Shown here: positions 30,948 through 42,031 of the stretch, one piece after another
Layout: every line of letters begins with the position of its first letter
Position numbering within the stretch: the stretch's first letter is position 1
From: an uncultured delta proteobacterium
GTDB lineage: Bacteria; Myxococcota_A; UBA9160; SZUA-336
Length of the DNA stretch: 64,000 nt
Direction: 5' to 3'
Assembly (NCBI GenBank): GCA_963704165.1
Contig: CAVPHD010000003.1
Span: 416,001 to 480,000 of the forward strand
Notes under the pieces: model-generated
Databases searched by the model: none
What the model was told of the DNA's origin: nothing
What the model saw: only the letters and a program-made list of their open reading frames with translations
Translations under genes and position numbers: made by a program

Positions 30948-32401
30948 CCCTTCACGTTCCCGACCGGTGTGAGCCGTGCGACACGCCGCGAGAGGCCTGC
31001 GATCTCGGTCGCCTCGGCGACTTCATCGACGCTCTTGTAGGCGACGCCGGCCTCCTCGGCGAGGCCGCCGATCGACGCCGCGCGCACGACGATCCCACGC
31101 TCTCGCATCGCGCGCTGCAGCTCCGCCCCGCGCACCAGCTTGCGCGCACGCGTGCGGCTCATGGTGCGGCCGCTTCCGTGCGCCGTGCTGTGGAAGCTCG
31201 CGCTCCCCGTCTCTACCCCGGCGAGCAGGTAGGAACCCGTCTCCATGCTCCCGCCGATGATCACGGGCTGGCCGCTCGCGCGGTACGCGGCCGGCAATTC
31301 CGGATGTCCGGGCGGAAACGCGCGCGTGGCGCCCTTGCGGTGCACGAGCAATCGGCGCAGCCGGCCGCCGACGCGGTGCGTCTCGAGCTTCGCGGTGTTG
31401 TGCGCGACGTCGTACACGGTCCGGAGCCCGAGCGACTCGAGCGGTCGTTCGAACACGTCGGCGAGAACCTCGCGAATGCGGTGCAGGATCACCTGCCGAT
31501 TCGCGAACGCCATGTTCGCAGCGCAACACATCGCGGCGTAATAAGCGCGTCCATCGTCGGAGTCGAACGGCGCGCACGCGAGCTCGGGATCGATCACTTC
31601 GAGGCCGTACTTCGTCGGCATCGAGCGGAGGAAGCGATCGAGATAATCGGTCGCCACCTGGTGTCCGAATCCGCGGCTGCCGCAGTGGAACATCAGCACC
31701 ACCTGTCCGGGCTCACCGAGTCCGAAGGTCGTCGCAAGCTCACGGTCGAAGACGCCGTCGCTGCGCAGCAGCTGGACCTCGAGGTAGTGATTGCCCGAGC
31801 CGAGCGTGCCGAGCTGATCTCGACCGCGCGCGATCGCCTTCACCGAGACGGCTTCGGGATCGGCGCCGGAGAAGCAACCCGCGGCTTCGGTGAAGGCGAG
31901 ATCCTCGGCGGTGCCGTATCCCTTCCGCACCGCCCAGCCGGCGCCCTCGCGCAGCACGTCCTCGAGCTCCGCACGCGTGAGCGAGACGAAGCCCGACGAG
32001 CCAACGCCCGCCGGGACGCGCGAAGCGAGCGCATTCACGAGTTGGACGAGCCTGGGCTCCACCTCGGCCCACGTGAGGTCCGTGCGCACCAGCCGCATGC
32101 CGCAGTTGATGTCGAAGCCGATGCCACCCGGCGAGATCACCCCGTGATCGGCATCCATCGCCGCGACACCGCCGATCGGAAAGCCGTATCCCCAGTGCGC
32201 GTCGGGCATGCAGAGACTCGAACCGACGATCCCGGGCAGCGTCGCGACGTTCGCGGCTTGCACGAAGACCTGGTCGTCCATCGCCTGGATGAGCTTCTCG
32301 GTGGCGAAGAGCCGCACCGGCACGCGCATGCCGTCGCGAAAGCCCTTCGGGAGCTCCCACTCCGCGGGTCCAACACGAGCGAGTGTCGCAGGGGCGCTCA
32401 T
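30944..32401 (-). CDS. rtcB: RtcB RNA ligase (archease-dependent type)
   Basis: MPDAHWGYGFPIG, GFDINCG, GSGNHYLE, HCGSRG, HNTAK, HRKGAT, HGSGR, EEA..YK. Confidence 0.96.
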   Translation of the reverse strand: MSAPATLARVGPAEWELPKGFRDGMRVPVRLFATEKLIQAMDDQVFVQAANVATLPGIVGSSLCMPDAHWGYGFPIGGVAAMDADHGVISPGGIGFDINCGMRLVRTDLTWAEVEPRLVQLVNALASRVPAGVGSSGFVSLTRAELEDVLREGAGWAVRKGYGTAEDLAFTEAAGCFSGADPEAVSVKAIARGRDQLGTLGSGNHYLEVQLLRSDGVFDRELATTFGLGEPGQVVLMFHCGSRGFGHQVATDYLDRFLRSMPTKYGLEVIDPELACAPFDSDDGRAYYAAMCCAANMAFANRQVILHRIREVLADVFERPLESLGLRTVYDVAHNTAKLETHRVGGRLRRLLVHRKGATRAFPPGHPELPAAYRASGQPVIIGGSMETGSYLLAGVETGSASFHSTAHGSGRTMSRTRARKLVRGAELQRAMRERGIVVRAASIGGLAEEAGVAYKSVDEVAEATEIAGLSRRVARLTPVGNVKG

Positions 32402-34065
32402 CGCGTCGTTCCCGGGCGCGCCACCCGTGGGACCGGCTCGCCGAGAGCGAATTGCTTCGCGGCCTCTTCGACCGCCGAGCGCCAGCTCGCATCGTCGGTG
32501 CGGACACGCGTGCGCGCCTCGGCGGGCCACTCGTCCGGCGGCTCCCAACTGGCCGCGCTCGAGGCGTACAACTCGGGACCGGCGTCGGAAGGGTCCCTGC
32601 CCTCCGCGGCGCGCGAGGCGAGTCGAGCTCGAGCGACCGACTCGGGGCAGGTCGACTCCAAGAGGAATGGACGGAGCCCGCGATCGGAGGCCCAGGCGCG
32701 AAGCTCGGTGCGGAAGCCCGCACCCGCGTAGGTCGCGTCGAGGATCGCGACTCGGCCCGAGCCAACGACCACGGCGGCGCGCTCGAGCATTCCGGCGTAG
32801 GTCGCCTCGCTACGCTCCTGCGTGTAGATCTCGGAATGGCCGCGAGCGGTCACGGGCAGCTCCGCCTGCCGCTTGCGCACGCGGTCCGAGGCGATCACGA
32901 CGCCGCCGGTCGCATCGGCAAGAGCCTGCGCGACGGTGCTCTTGCCCGTGCCGACGATCCCGGCCATCGCGACCACGCTGCCGATTCGCGGCTCGACCAG
33001 CGCACCTTCGGCGAGCGTCAGGTGGCGCTCGCCGCTCTCCTCCGCGCGCGCGCGCTGTTCCGCCGGAACGAGCGCATCGCGCGCGGCCAGACAGGCGACC
33101 TTGGCGCGCACGGCGGCGCGGTACGCGATGAAGAAGTCGACCACGCCATAGAGGTCGAAGTCGTCGCTCGCCTCCGCGTAGCGGCGCAGGAATCGCTCGG
33201 CCAGATCCCGCCGCCCCCGGTATTCGAGGTCCATCGCGAAGAACGCGACCTCCGAGGCCGCGTCGATCTGCCGGTAGTCGTCGCGGAACTCGAGGCAGTC
33301 GATCGCGAGCGGCGGGGCCTCGTCGCGCTCGAACCAGACATGAGCGAGGTGCAGGTCCCCGTGGCCGTCGACGATGCGACCCTCGACGCGCCTGCGCTCG
33401 AAGCGCTGCGCACGACTTCTCAGCAGGAAATCGGCGCGGGCACCGGCCTCAGCAGCGCGCGAGGCGAACGAGGCGCCGCGTCCGACCTCCGAGAACGATT
33501 CGCGCACGGGGGCGCCGACCCGCGCGAGCCACGCCGCCGGCGAGAACGGGGCCGGTGCACCAAGACCGTTCTCGGCGTGAAACCCCGCGATCCGAGTGGC
33601 GACCGCGTCGATGTGGTGTTCGCGGAGCGCGCCACGCTCGAGCATCGACAACGCGTCGCCGCCGTCGGGCAGGCGTCGCATCACGACGCAGTGTTCGGCC
33701 TCGCGACCATCGGGCCCCGGCGGAGCGAGATCCTCTCGGATCGCTCCGAGCCGGACGACCCCGGCGTCTCGCTCGATGGGCGCGACACCGAGATACACGT
33801 CCGCCGCCAGGCGGCGGTTCAACCGCACCTCGCGCAGCGAATCGGCATTTCGCAGCGCACGGGTCGAGAAGTCGACGAATCCGAACCGCACCGCCTTGTG
33901 CAGCTTGTAGACACGCTCCCCCGTCAGAAAGACGTGGGAGAGATGCGTCTGTATCTGCACGATGCCGCGCGCGCCGCTCGGGTCGTCGGGGTAGGCGTCT
34001 CGATTCGCCAGACGCGCAACCAGATCCGGTTCGAGCGGCTCCACGGGATCATCGTCGCATGTCAT
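32398..34065 (-). CDS. Bifunctional aminoglycoside-phosphotransferase-like / AAA P-loop protein (Rv2004c-like)
   Basis: QTHLSHVFL, EVRLNRRLA, DGHGDLHL, DCLEF; GIVGTGKST, SDRVRK, ILDATY, PSDA. Confidence 0.9.
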   Translation of the reverse strand: MTCDDDPVEPLEPDLVARLANRDAYPDDPSGARGIVQIQTHLSHVFLTGERVYKLHKAVRFGFVDFSTRALRNADSLREVRLNRRLAADVYLGVAPIERDAGVVRLGAIREDLAPPGPDGREAEHCVVMRRLPDGGDALSMLERGALREHHIDAVATRIAGFHAENGLGAPAPFSPAAWLARVGAPVRESFSEVGRGASFASRAAEAGARADFLLRSRAQRFERRRVEGRIVDGHGDLHLAHVWFERDEAPPLAIDCLEFRDDYRQIDAASEVAFFAMDLEYRGRRDLAERFLRRYAEASDDFDLYGVVDFFIAYRAAVRAKVACLAARDALVPAEQRARAEESGERHLTLAEGALVEPRIGSVVAMAGIVGTGKSTVAQALADATGGVVIASDRVRKRQAELPVTARGHSEIYTQERSEATYAGMLERAAVVVGSGRVAILDATYAGAGFRTELRAWASDRGLRPFLLESTCPESVARARLASRAAEGRDPSDAGPELYASSAASWEPPDEWPAEARTRVRTDDASWRSAVEEAAKQFALGEPVPRVARPGTTR

Positions 34066-34079
34066 GAAGGCACCGAACC

Positions 34080-34095
34080 CGCAAGCTTCGTGCCG
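34080..34095 (-). promoter_or_regulatory. Sigma54 promoter for kinase-rtcB-archease operon
   Basis: CGGCACGAAGCTTGCG on minus strand. Confidence 0.7.
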
Positions 34096-34240
34096 TCGGC
34101 GACACGCCCCTTGCAGTCCCTGCTGAAAGAGAACGAGCCTACCGTGCCTCGAGTCGGCGAGTCGAGCGCTGGATCGCCAAGCCGAGGACCGAAGGGAATC
34201 GACTCGTCGACGAACCCGACGACGATGCGCACTCGGTCAA

Positions 34241-34405
34241 TCAGCCCCAACTGTGGCGGCGGTGCCTCGATCGGTGGCCGCTCACGCTCAGCGAGAGCAG
34301 ATCGTCGTGCTGTGTCGCAAGGGCACGGAGCCGCGCTTCCGCGTCCGCTTTCCGTGCATCCGAAACCGCTTCCATGTGATCCCAGTGGATCTCGAGTTCC
34401 GGCAC
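34241..34405 (-). pseudogene. Truncated HPF/RaiA-like ribosome-associated protein (54 aa)
   Basis: GGAGG RBS, GTG; ELEIHW..AEARLRALATQHDDLLSLSVSG..RHRRH resembles an HPF N-terminal half; early stop. Confidence 0.45.
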
Positions 34406-34449
34406 CGTGCACCTCCGCGACACAGCGAAACTGCCTCGACCGGATTCGG

Positions 34450-34465
34450 TGCAACTACCGTTCCC
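34450..34465 (-). promoter_or_regulatory. Possible sigma54 promoter
   Basis: GGGAACGGTAGTTGCA on minus strand, overlapping the M48 stop. Confidence 0.5.
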
Positions 34466-35915
34466 GACTCCCCGCTCGGTACGGAATCGCGACGGCGATC
34501 TTCAGAAGTCGGTCGGAGGGAAGGGCGAGGGCCTTGCCCATTCCGTTCGCGACGGCGGTTCGCTCCGGACTCCAGACGTTGCCCGTGCGCTCGCCGAGAC
34601 GCGCGAGGGATTCGTCCGGGCGCGCGGTTTCGATGCGCAGTACGTGCGCCCGGATCTTCCCCCGGTCGGCCCCGTCGAGCGGCCGAAAGCTCCGCGTGGT
34701 GCGCTCGCAGAGCGGCGTGAAGCGAGCGAAGCGCGCCTCCGCCGCAATGCACTCGAGCCGGTAGATCCGTCCGTCATGCGCGATCCAGGTGAAGAGGCCT
34801 CCGATCTTCCCCTGCTCCGACGGCTGGCTGAGACGCACCTGGTAGCCGCCGAGCCCGCTGATCGAGACCGGACCGTGGCTCACGACCGGTACGTCCTGCT
34901 TGGCGAGGTCCTTCTGCGCGGCAGCACGCGGGTCACTTCCCTTGGCCGCGATGACGAGCTGGATCAAGGCGGACTGGTCCGGCGCGGCGGCGGCGACGGC
35001 GTTCGGCGAGTTCGAGGTTCTCCAGCCGGACGGAAAGCTGACCCGGAAGTTCAGCTCGGGTTGCCGGAAGAGCGTGTCCTCGAAGAGACCGCCGGCTGGA
35101 TCTTCGTCGACCACGAGCCCGTCGAGCTTGGCGAGATACGCCGCTCGATCGCGCGCGATCGGCCGAGCCGGCGTGCGCGCGAGCCGTCGAGCGCGGGCCC
35201 AAGCGCTCTCGACACGTTCAGGCGTCGCCGGGTGCGTATCGAGAAAACCGGGACGGCGCGCGTGGCCGAGCTTCAAGGTGGTCTCGTGCTCGAGCGTGTT
35301 CAGGAATCTCGCCATCCCCGTGGGATCCCAGCCGGCGTTCGCCGCGAGAGCCTGGCCGATCTCGTCGGCCTGCCGTTCTTCGTCACGGCTGTGCGCGGCG
35401 AGGTAGCCCCCGCCCGCGATCTGGCTGAGCTGACCGACGCCCTGAGCCGCCTCGGCGCCGCCGACCACCGCGGCCGCGAGAGTGCCGAGCGCGGAAAGCA
35501 TTCCGACCTGCTGTTGTCGAGTCTGTCTCTGCGCGTGGTGCCGCGCGGCGACGTGACCGATCTCGTGGCCGATCACGTTCGCGAGCTCATCCTCGGAATT
35601 CGAGATCGCGAGAAGCCCGCGTGACACGTAAATGTGTCCACCGGGCAGCGCGAACGCGTTCGCCTCCGCCATGTCGACGACGTTGAAGTCGTAGGCGAGG
35701 TCCTTGCGCGGCGAGAGCGCCGCGAGGCGCGAGCCGAGCGCGCGAACGTAGGCGACGAGCTCGGGATCTCTCACCAGCCCCATTTCGCGTTCGACCTGCT
35801 GTGCCGCGCTCCGCCCGACCGCGATCTCGCGCTCCGTCGTCAGCGGCGCGCACGCCACGACGAGACACGCGGCGAACCCGACCAGCGACGCCCGGAGCTT
35901 CACGACCGCCCTCAC
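34455..35915 (-). CDS. M48-family (BepA/YfgC-like) metalloprotease lipoprotein
   Basis: Lipobox VVAC, NAFALPGG, HEIGH, ERQAD, THP; LysM-like tail. Confidence 0.9.
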   Translation of the reverse strand: MRAVVKLRASLVGFAACLVVACAPLTTEREIAVGRSAAQQVEREMGLVRDPELVAYVRALGSRLAALSPRKDLAYDFNVVDMAEANAFALPGGHIYVSRGLLAISNSEDELANVIGHEIGHVAARHHAQRQTRQQQVGMLSALGTLAAAVVGGAEAAQGVGQLSQIAGGGYLAAHSRDEERQADEIGQALAANAGWDPTGMARFLNTLEHETTLKLGHARRPGFLDTHPATPERVESAWARARRLARTPARPIARDRAAYLAKLDGLVVDEDPAGGLFEDTLFRQPELNFRVSFPSGWRTSNSPNAVAAAAPDQSALIQLVIAAKGSDPRAAAQKDLAKQDVPVVSHGPVSISGLGGYQVRLSQPSEQGKIGGLFTWIAHDGRIYRLECIAAEARFARFTPLCERTTRSFRPLDGADRGKIRAHVLRIETARPDESLARLGERTGNVWSPERTAVANGMGKALALPSDRLLKIAVAIPYRAGSRER

Positions 35916-36163
35916 CCCGCGCCGGTCTTGCTCGCGAGGTACGCGACGAGCTGGCCCAGGGTCGCGAGCTTCCCGTAGTCGGCCTCGGGAATCTCGACGC
36001 CGGTGCGCTGGTGGACCGCGACGAGGAAGTTCAGGAAGTCCATCGAATCCAGATCGAGCTGATCGCGGATCTCGACGTCGTCTCGCAGCGCGCCGAGATC
36101 CGCCTCGGGCGCGATCTCTCCGAGCGCTTCGAGCGCGTGCGAACGCAGTTCTTCGCGCGTCAC
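35912..36163 (-). CDS. Acyl carrier protein
   Basis: LDLDSMDFL phosphopantetheine site, GVEIPEADY; GTGA overlaps on both sides. Confidence 0.9.
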   Translation of the reverse strand: MTREELRSHALEALGEIAPEADLGALRDDVEIRDQLDLDSMDFLNFLVAVHQRTGVEIPEADYGKLATLGQLVAYLASKTGAG

Positions 36164-37380
36164 AGGGACTCCGGTTCCTGCAGGAGCCGCGCGATGGCCG
36201 CGAGGAATCGTCCTCCGCGATGACCGTCGCTCGCGCGGTGGTCGGCGGTCAGCGTGATCTCGACGACCGGTTTCACGCCGAGCAATCCGTGCTCGGCGAA
36301 GGGCTGGTCGGAAATCCGGCCGAATCCAACCAGCGCGACCTGTGGCGGCATGATCACTCCATACACGGTCTCGACGCCCTGATCGCCGAGGCTCGTGACG
36401 GTGATCGTACCGCCCGCGACGTCGGAGCTGCGCAGCTTTCCCGCGCGCGCTCGGGCGACCAGGCCGCGGAACTCCGCAAAGAGCTCGGGGACGCCGAGGC
36501 CGGGTACGTCGTGGAGCGCCGGCGCGAGGATGCCTCCCTGCCGCAGCGAGACGATCACTCCGACGTGCACGCCCTCGCCCGGAACGAAGGCTCCGTCGCG
36601 CCAGAAACCGTTCACCTCCGGAACCTCGAGCGCGGCCTTGCCCACGGCCTTGAGGAAGAGCGCGACCGGCAGCACGCGTTCCGCGAGCGACCGCGATGCG
36701 TTCTGCTCCGCGAGCCACGCGAGCGCACGAGACAGGTCGACACGCGTGGCCAGGTAGTACTGCGGGATCTCGCGGTGGGCGCGCTCCATCGCGGCGGCGA
36801 TCGCGCTTCGCATCGTCGCCTGCTTGTCGGCGCGCGTCGCCGCGGAAGGAGGTCGGGGCGCCTTCGTGGCGGCGTCTGGCGCCGCCGCCTTCTCGACGTC
36901 CTCGCGTGAGATGGCTCCTTCGGGCCCCGTGCCGGCCACCGTGGAGAGATCCACGCCGAGATCCTCGGCGACTCGACGCGCGAGCGGCGAGGCATGGATT
37001 CGCGGACCCGCTCTTGGAGCGACACGTGTCGGTGTCGGAGAGACGGGCGCGGGTCGTCCGGCGGACTTTGCCGGTGACGACGCCGCGGGTGCCGGAGCTG
37101 GCCGGAGCGCTAGCGCCGGTGCGGGCGCCTCGGGCGTCTCGGACTCGCCCGTGCGAATGCGCGCGATCGCGGTTCCCACGGGCACGGTCTCGCCCTCGTT
37201 CACGAGCACGTCCTCGAGCCAGCCGGCGGTGAAGCTCTCGACCTCGATTTCAGCCTTGTCCGTGTCGACGAGCACGACGATCTCACCGCGCTCGATCCGG
37301 TCGCCCGGCCGCTTGTGCCAGTGCAGAATCGTGGCTCGGTCCATGTCCGCACCGAGCGATGGCATCCGGAAGTCAGGCAC
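36160..37380 (-). CDS. pdhC: Dihydrolipoamide acyltransferase (E2)
   Basis: Lipoyl DTDKA, PSBD ASPLARR..GTGPEG, catalytic DHRASDG. Confidence 0.92.
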   Translation of the reverse strand: MPDFRMPSLGADMDRATILHWHKRPGDRIERGEIVVLVDTDKAEIEVESFTAGWLEDVLVNEGETVPVGTAIARIRTGESETPEAPAPALALRPAPAPAASSPAKSAGRPAPVSPTPTRVAPRAGPRIHASPLARRVAEDLGVDLSTVAGTGPEGAISREDVEKAAAPDAATKAPRPPSAATRADKQATMRSAIAAAMERAHREIPQYYLATRVDLSRALAWLAEQNASRSLAERVLPVALFLKAVGKAALEVPEVNGFWRDGAFVPGEGVHVGVIVSLRQGGILAPALHDVPGLGVPELFAEFRGLVARARAGKLRSSDVAGGTITVTSLGDQGVETVYGVIMPPQVALVGFGRISDQPFAEHGLLGVKPVVEITLTADHRASDGHRGGRFLAAIARLLQEPESL

Positions 37381-38377
37381 GGGAGCCCACCAGATCGCTC
37401 ACCGCCGTGACGATCGCGTCGGGTTGCGGCAGCGCGAAGTCCTCGAGGTGCTTCGGGTACGGAATCGGCACCTCGGCGGTACAGACGCGACGGATCGGAG
37501 CGTCGAGCTCGTAGAAGGCGTGCTCCGCGACGCGCGCGGCGACCTCGGCCGAGAGGCTGCCGCTGCGCCAGCCTTCGTCGACGATCACGAGCCGGTGCGT
37601 TCGCGCGACCGTCTCGAGGATCGCCGTCTCGTCGAGCGGACGCAGCACGCGCAGATCGAGGACGTCCGCCTCGATGCCCTGCGCTGCGAGCGTTTCGGCT
37701 GCGGCGAGCGTCTTGTCGAGCGTTCCGCCGTAGCAGACCAGCGACACGTCGCCACCGCTCCGACGCAGTCGTGCGCGCTCGATCTCGACCGCGCCCGCGT
37801 CGGCTTCGAGCTCGCCTTCGATCGGATAGAGTCGCGCGTGCTCGAAGATCAACACCGGGTTCGGATCGGCGAGCGCGCTCGCGAGCATGCCGCGCGCGTC
37901 GTCGAGCGTGCCGGGAGTCAGCACCTTGAGTCCGGGGATGTGCGCATACCAGCCCTCGAGGCTGTGGGAGTGCTGCGCGGCGAGCTGTCGCCCCGCGCCC
38001 GTCGCCATCCGGATCACGAGCGGCACGCAGAACTGTCCGCCCGACATGTGCGAGAGCGTGGCCGCGGTGTTCAGGATCTGGTCGAGCGCGAGCAGCGAGA
38101 AGTTCACGGTCATGATCTCGACGATCGGCCGCATTCCGCCGAGCGCCGCACCGATGCCCGCACCGACGAACGCCGACTCGGAGAGCGGCGTGTCCCGGAT
38201 CCGCTCGGGACCGAACTCGTCGAGCAATCCGCGGCTCACGGCGTACGCGCCCCCGTAGCGGCCGACGTCCTCGCCCATCAGGAACACGCGCGGGTCCTGC
38301 AGCAGCGCCTCGCGCAGCCCCTCGCGAAGCGCGTCGCGGTACGAGATCACGCGCGTCGTCGGGGCGGAGTCACTCAT
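37373..38377 (-). CDS. pdhB: 2-oxoacid dehydrogenase E1 beta
   Basis: [29 protein letters not shown]. Confidence 0.93.
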   Translation of the reverse strand: MSDSAPTTRVISYRDALREGLREALLQDPRVFLMGEDVGRYGGAYAVSRGLLDEFGPERIRDTPLSESAFVGAGIGAALGGMRPIVEIMTVNFSLLALDQILNTAATLSHMSGGQFCVPLVIRMATGAGRQLAAQHSHSLEGWYAHIPGLKVLTPGTLDDARGMLASALADPNPVLIFEHARLYPIEGELEADAGAVEIERARLRRSGGDVSLVCYGGTLDKTLAAAETLAAQGIEADVLDLRVLRPLDETAILETVARTHRLVIVDEGWRSGSLSAEVAARVAEHAFYELDAPIRRVCTAEVPIPYPKHLEDFALPQPDAIVTAVSDLVGSRA

Positions 38378-39345
38378 GGCGCCTCACCCTCGCAGTAGAC
38401 GAAGCGCGAGAGATCCTCGACCGGCTCCCAGGTGCCCGCCTCGGCAAACTCGACCGCGCGCGAGACATCCGAGTCGGCCGCGTCCTCGAGACGCGCGAGC
38501 TCTGCGTCGTCGAGCAGGCCTTCCTCGCGGAGCCGCGACGTGAAGAGCGTGATCGGATCTCGCTTCTTCCACTCCTCGACCTCGCTCTTCTCGCGGTACA
38601 GCTGGGCGTCGAACATCGAGTGCGCGCGGAATCGGTACGCGCGCACCTCGAGGAAGAGCGGGCCGTCGGACCGCACGGCGAGCACGGCGCGGCGCGCGGC
38701 CTCCTCGACCGCGAGCACGTCCATGCCGTCCACCGACCAGGCCGGCAGCTCGTAGCTCGCGGCCTTCATGCACAGATTCGTCTCCGACTCGGAGCGCGCG
38801 AGCGCCGTGCCCATCGCGTACAGGTTGTTCTCGCAGACGAAGAGCACCGGAAGCTTCCAGAGCGCGGCGAGGTTCAGGGACTCGTGGAACTCGCCCTCCG
38901 CAATCGCGCCTTCGCCGAAGAAGCAGGCCGTGACCCGCGATCGATTCTGGAGCTTGTCGGCGAGCGCGAGCCCGACGGCGAGCGGAAGTCCGCCGCCGAC
39001 GATCGCGTTCCCGCCGTAGAAGCGCGTGCGGGCATCGAAGATGTGCATCGAGCCACCGCGGCCGCCGCTCGCGCCCTCGCGCTTGCCGTACATCTCCGCC
39101 ATCAACGCGCCCGCATCGATGCCGCGCGCGAGCGCGTGGCCGTGTTCGCGGTACGTGGCCACGATCGCGTCGTCGGGCAGGAGCGACTGCATCACACCGA
39201 CGGCAATCGCCTCCTGTCCGACGTAGAGGTGGAGGAAGCCGCGGATCTTCTGCTGGCCGTAGAGCTCTGCGCACTTCTCTTCGAAGCGGCGAATCCGGAT
39301 CATCAGGCCGAGCAACGCGTGAGCGTGATCGCGGTCCATGCTCAA
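38374..39345 (-). CDS. pdhA: Pyruvate dehydrogenase E1 alpha
   Basis: [34 protein letters not shown] motif, RFRAHS. Confidence 0.93.
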   Translation of the reverse strand: MSMDRDHAHALLGLMIRIRRFEEKCAELYGQQKIRGFLHLYVGQEAIAVGVMQSLLPDDAIVATYREHGHALARGIDAGALMAEMYGKREGASGGRGGSMHIFDARTRFYGGNAIVGGGLPLAVGLALADKLQNRSRVTACFFGEGAIAEGEFHESLNLAALWKLPVLFVCENNLYAMGTALARSESETNLCMKAASYELPAWSVDGMDVLAVEEAARRAVLAVRSDGPLFLEVRAYRFRAHSMFDAQLYREKSEVEEWKKRDPITLFTSRLREEGLLDDAELARLEDAADSDVSRAVEFAEAGTWEPVEDLSRFVYCEGEAP

Positions 39346-41108
39346 CCCCCCGATTCCAGCGTCGAAGTGTCGCCTTCGGGCAGCCCGAGCTCACGCGCCC
39401 GCAGGAGTCGGCGCATGATCTTCCCGCTGCGTGTCTTGGGTACCGCGTCGCGGAATTCGATCTCCTTCGGCGCGACCGCCGCACCCAGTCGCAAACGCGC
39501 GTGGCCGTGGATCTCCTTCAGCAACGCCGGGGAGGCCACGTGGCCGGTGCGCAGCACGACGAAGGCCTTGACGCTCTCGCCCGCCACCGGGTCGGGCTTG
39601 CCGATCACCGCAGCCTCGACCACCGCCGGGTGCTCCATCAGCGCGCTCTCCACCTCGAACGGGCCGATCAGGTGCCCGGCCGACTTGATCAGGTCGTCGG
39701 CGCGCCCGACGAACCAGTAGTAGCCGTCGCGATCGCGCCGCATCAGGTCGCCCGACAGGTACCAGCCGTCCGCGAAGCACTTGCGGTAGCGCTCCTCGTC
39801 GTGCAGATAGCCGCGAAACATCGACGGCCAGCCGACCCGCAGCGCGAGCTCGCCGGTGGTCTCCGGCTCGGGGATCACGTCGATGCCGCCGTCGGGCCGG
39901 CGCGCGACGATCGCCGCCTCGATGCCGGGCATCGGCCGTCCCATCGAACCCGGGCGAATCGTCTGGGAAGCGAAGTTCGCGATCATGATTCCGCCGGTCT
40001 CCGTCTGCCACCAGTTGTCGTGGATCGGAACGCCGAACGCCTGCTGCCCGAAGACGACCGCCTCGGGGTGGAGCGGCTCACCGACGCTGGCGACGAAACG
40101 AAGCCGGGAGAGATCGCGCCGCCGCGCGGGCTCGAGACCCGCGCGCATCAGCATGCGCAGAGCCGTCGGCGCCGTGTACCAGTTGGTGACGCGTTCGCGC
40201 TCGAGGATCTCGTACCAGCGCTCCGTGTCGAACTCCGCTTCGTCGATCACGCAGGTCACGCCGAGCGAGAGCGGTGCGACGATCCCGTATGAAGTCCCGG
40301 TGACCCAGCCTGGGTCGGCGGTACACCAAAAGATGTCATCTTCGTGAAGGTCGAGCGCGAGCCGAGCGGTCTCGCGGTGCGCGACCACGGCGCCGTGAAC
40401 GTGCACGGCCCCCTTCGGAGCCCCCGTCGTGCCGCTGGTGAAGTGGAGCAGCGCGAGATCGTCCGGGCTCGTCGGGGGGATCTCGAAGGCAGGGCTCGCG
40501 GCCGCGAGGCGCTCGCCGAGATCATGCGTTCCCGGGCGAAGCGGTCCGCCGCTCGAGCGACCGAGGAGCAGCGCGTGCTCGAGCTTCGGCAGCGCGGTCC
40601 GCAGGGCCTCGACCTTGCGAGTGTAGAGCGCCTCGCTCGTGACCAGGACTCGAGCGTCTCCGCGCTCGAGGCGAGTGCGGATCGGCTCCGGTCCGAACGC
40701 GGAGAAGAGCGGACAGAAGACGCTGCCGTTCTTGAGCGTGCCGAGCGCCGCGATCCAGAGTTCGGGCACGCGGCCCGCGAGCGCGAACACGCGCTCGCCC
40801 TTCCCCACCCCGAGCTCGCGCAAGACGTTGGCGAAGCGGCTGGTCTGTTCCGAGAGCTCCGCGAACGAGACCTCGCGCGTGACGCCTTGCCTAGACAGGA
40901 AGCGCAGCGCCGTCCGCGCGGCGAGCGGACCGCGCGCGTGCCGATCCACCGCCTCGTGCGCGATGTTCAGTCCGCGACCGTCGGGCAGCCCCTCGAGCGC
41001 AAGCTCCGCGGTCGGCCATGAGAAGCTCGCGCAGGTCGCTTCATAGTCGTCGAGGTTCGGGCGCGTAACCCACCCGGTCCGCAGCTTCTCGATCGGCGCG
41101 ATCGGCAT
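39342..41108 (-). CDS. acsA: Acetate--CoA ligase (AMP-forming)
   Basis: [42 protein letters not shown]. Confidence 0.93.
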   Translation of the reverse strand: MPIAPIEKLRTGWVTRPNLDDYEATCASFSWPTAELALEGLPDGRGLNIAHEAVDRHARGPLAARTALRFLSRQGVTREVSFAELSEQTSRFANVLRELGVGKGERVFALAGRVPELWIAALGTLKNGSVFCPLFSAFGPEPIRTRLERGDARVLVTSEALYTRKVEALRTALPKLEHALLLGRSSGGPLRPGTHDLGERLAAASPAFEIPPTSPDDLALLHFTSGTTGAPKGAVHVHGAVVAHRETARLALDLHEDDIFWCTADPGWVTGTSYGIVAPLSLGVTCVIDEAEFDTERWYEILERERVTNWYTAPTALRMLMRAGLEPARRRDLSRLRFVASVGEPLHPEAVVFGQQAFGVPIHDNWWQTETGGIMIANFASQTIRPGSMGRPMPGIEAAIVARRPDGGIDVIPEPETTGELALRVGWPSMFRGYLHDEERYRKCFADGWYLSGDLMRRDRDGYYWFVGRADDLIKSAGHLIGPFEVESALMEHPAVVEAAVIGKPDPVAGESVKAFVVLRTGHVASPALLKEIHGHARLRLGAAVAPKEIEFRDAVPKTRSGKIMRRLLRARELGLPEGDTSTLESGG

Positions 41109-41124
41109 CGTCCCCTCTCATTGG

Positions 41125-41140
41125 AGCAACGCGCGTGCCC
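41125..41140 (-). promoter_or_regulatory. Sigma54 promoter for acs-pdh-ACP operon
   Basis: GGGCACGCGCGTTGCT on minus strand. Confidence 0.75.
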
Positions 41141-41287
41141 GGTCAAGTGATCGGAGCGACGATGATCTGGGAGCATTCGACCCACCCCTGCGGCGACGAG
41201 GCGCAGGGAGCTCTCGGCGGCGACGCACCTGCGCGGCCCCCCCGACGCCACCGACATCGTCGAATTCGTGCTCCTCTGGGTGCGGAT

Positions 41288-41303
41288 TGGCACCATGAAC
41301 GCG
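41288..41303 (+). promoter_or_regulatory. Possible sigma54 promoter for pcm
   Basis: TGGCACCATGAACGCG, GG-N10-GC. Confidence 0.55.
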
Positions 41304-41362
41304 GCGCTCCTCAGAGGCGAGTCAGGCTACGCGCCACGCGCAGGTCCCGAGCGGAGATCCAA

Positions 41363-42031
41363 ATGACCCCGAATGAAGACACCGTCGAGCTTCGCGAAGG
41401 CATGGTCGCAACACAGATCGAAGCCCGAGGGGTCCGAGACGCTCGCGTGCTCCAAGCGATGCGCGAGGTGCCGCGTCACGAGTTCGTACCTGCTGAGCTC
41501 GCGGACTCCGCCCACGACGACCGCGCGCTTCCGATCGGCGCCGGCCAGACGATCTCCCAGCCCTACGTCGTCGCGCTGATGATCGAGGCGCTCGCGGTGC
41601 TTCCCGGGGATTGCGTGCTCGAAGTCGGCACCGGCTCGGGCTACGCAGCCGCGGTGCTGTCTCGACTCGCGGCCGAGGTCTACACGATCGAGCGACACGA
41701 GGAGCTCGGGAACCTAGCGCGCGAACGACTTCGGCGGCTCGGCTATTCGAACGTCCGGGTCCGGGTCGCGGACGGAACACGGGGCTGGCCGGAGGCCGCA
41801 CCCTTCGATGCGATCCTGGTCTCGGCCGGGGGACCGCGCGTACCGCCGTCGCTCGAGGCGCAGCTCGCCAACGGCGGGCGGCTCGTGATTCCGGTCGGTT
41901 CGGGACGCGGGGGCCAACAGCTCTTGCGCTTCACGCGAACGGCGCCGGACCGTCTCGAGCGCGAGGATCTCGGCGACGTCCAGTTCGTGCCGCTCGTCGG
42001 CGCCGAAGGCTGGGCCGACGAGGGGCGCTAG
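41363..42031 (+). CDS. pcm: Protein-L-isoaspartate O-methyltransferase
   Basis: VPRHEFV, GQTISQP, VLEVGTGSGY, GWPEAAPFD, FVPL. Confidence 0.95.
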   Translation: MTPNEDTVELREGMVATQIEARGVRDARVLQAMREVPRHEFVPAELADSAHDDRALPIGAGQTISQPYVVALMIEALAVLPGDCVLEVGTGSGYAAAVLSRLAAEVYTIERHEELGNLARERLRRLGYSNVRVRVADGTRGWPEAAPFDAILVSAGGPRVPPSLEAQLANGGRLVIPVGSGRGGQQLLRFTRTAPDRLEREDLGDVQFVPLVGAEGWADEGR

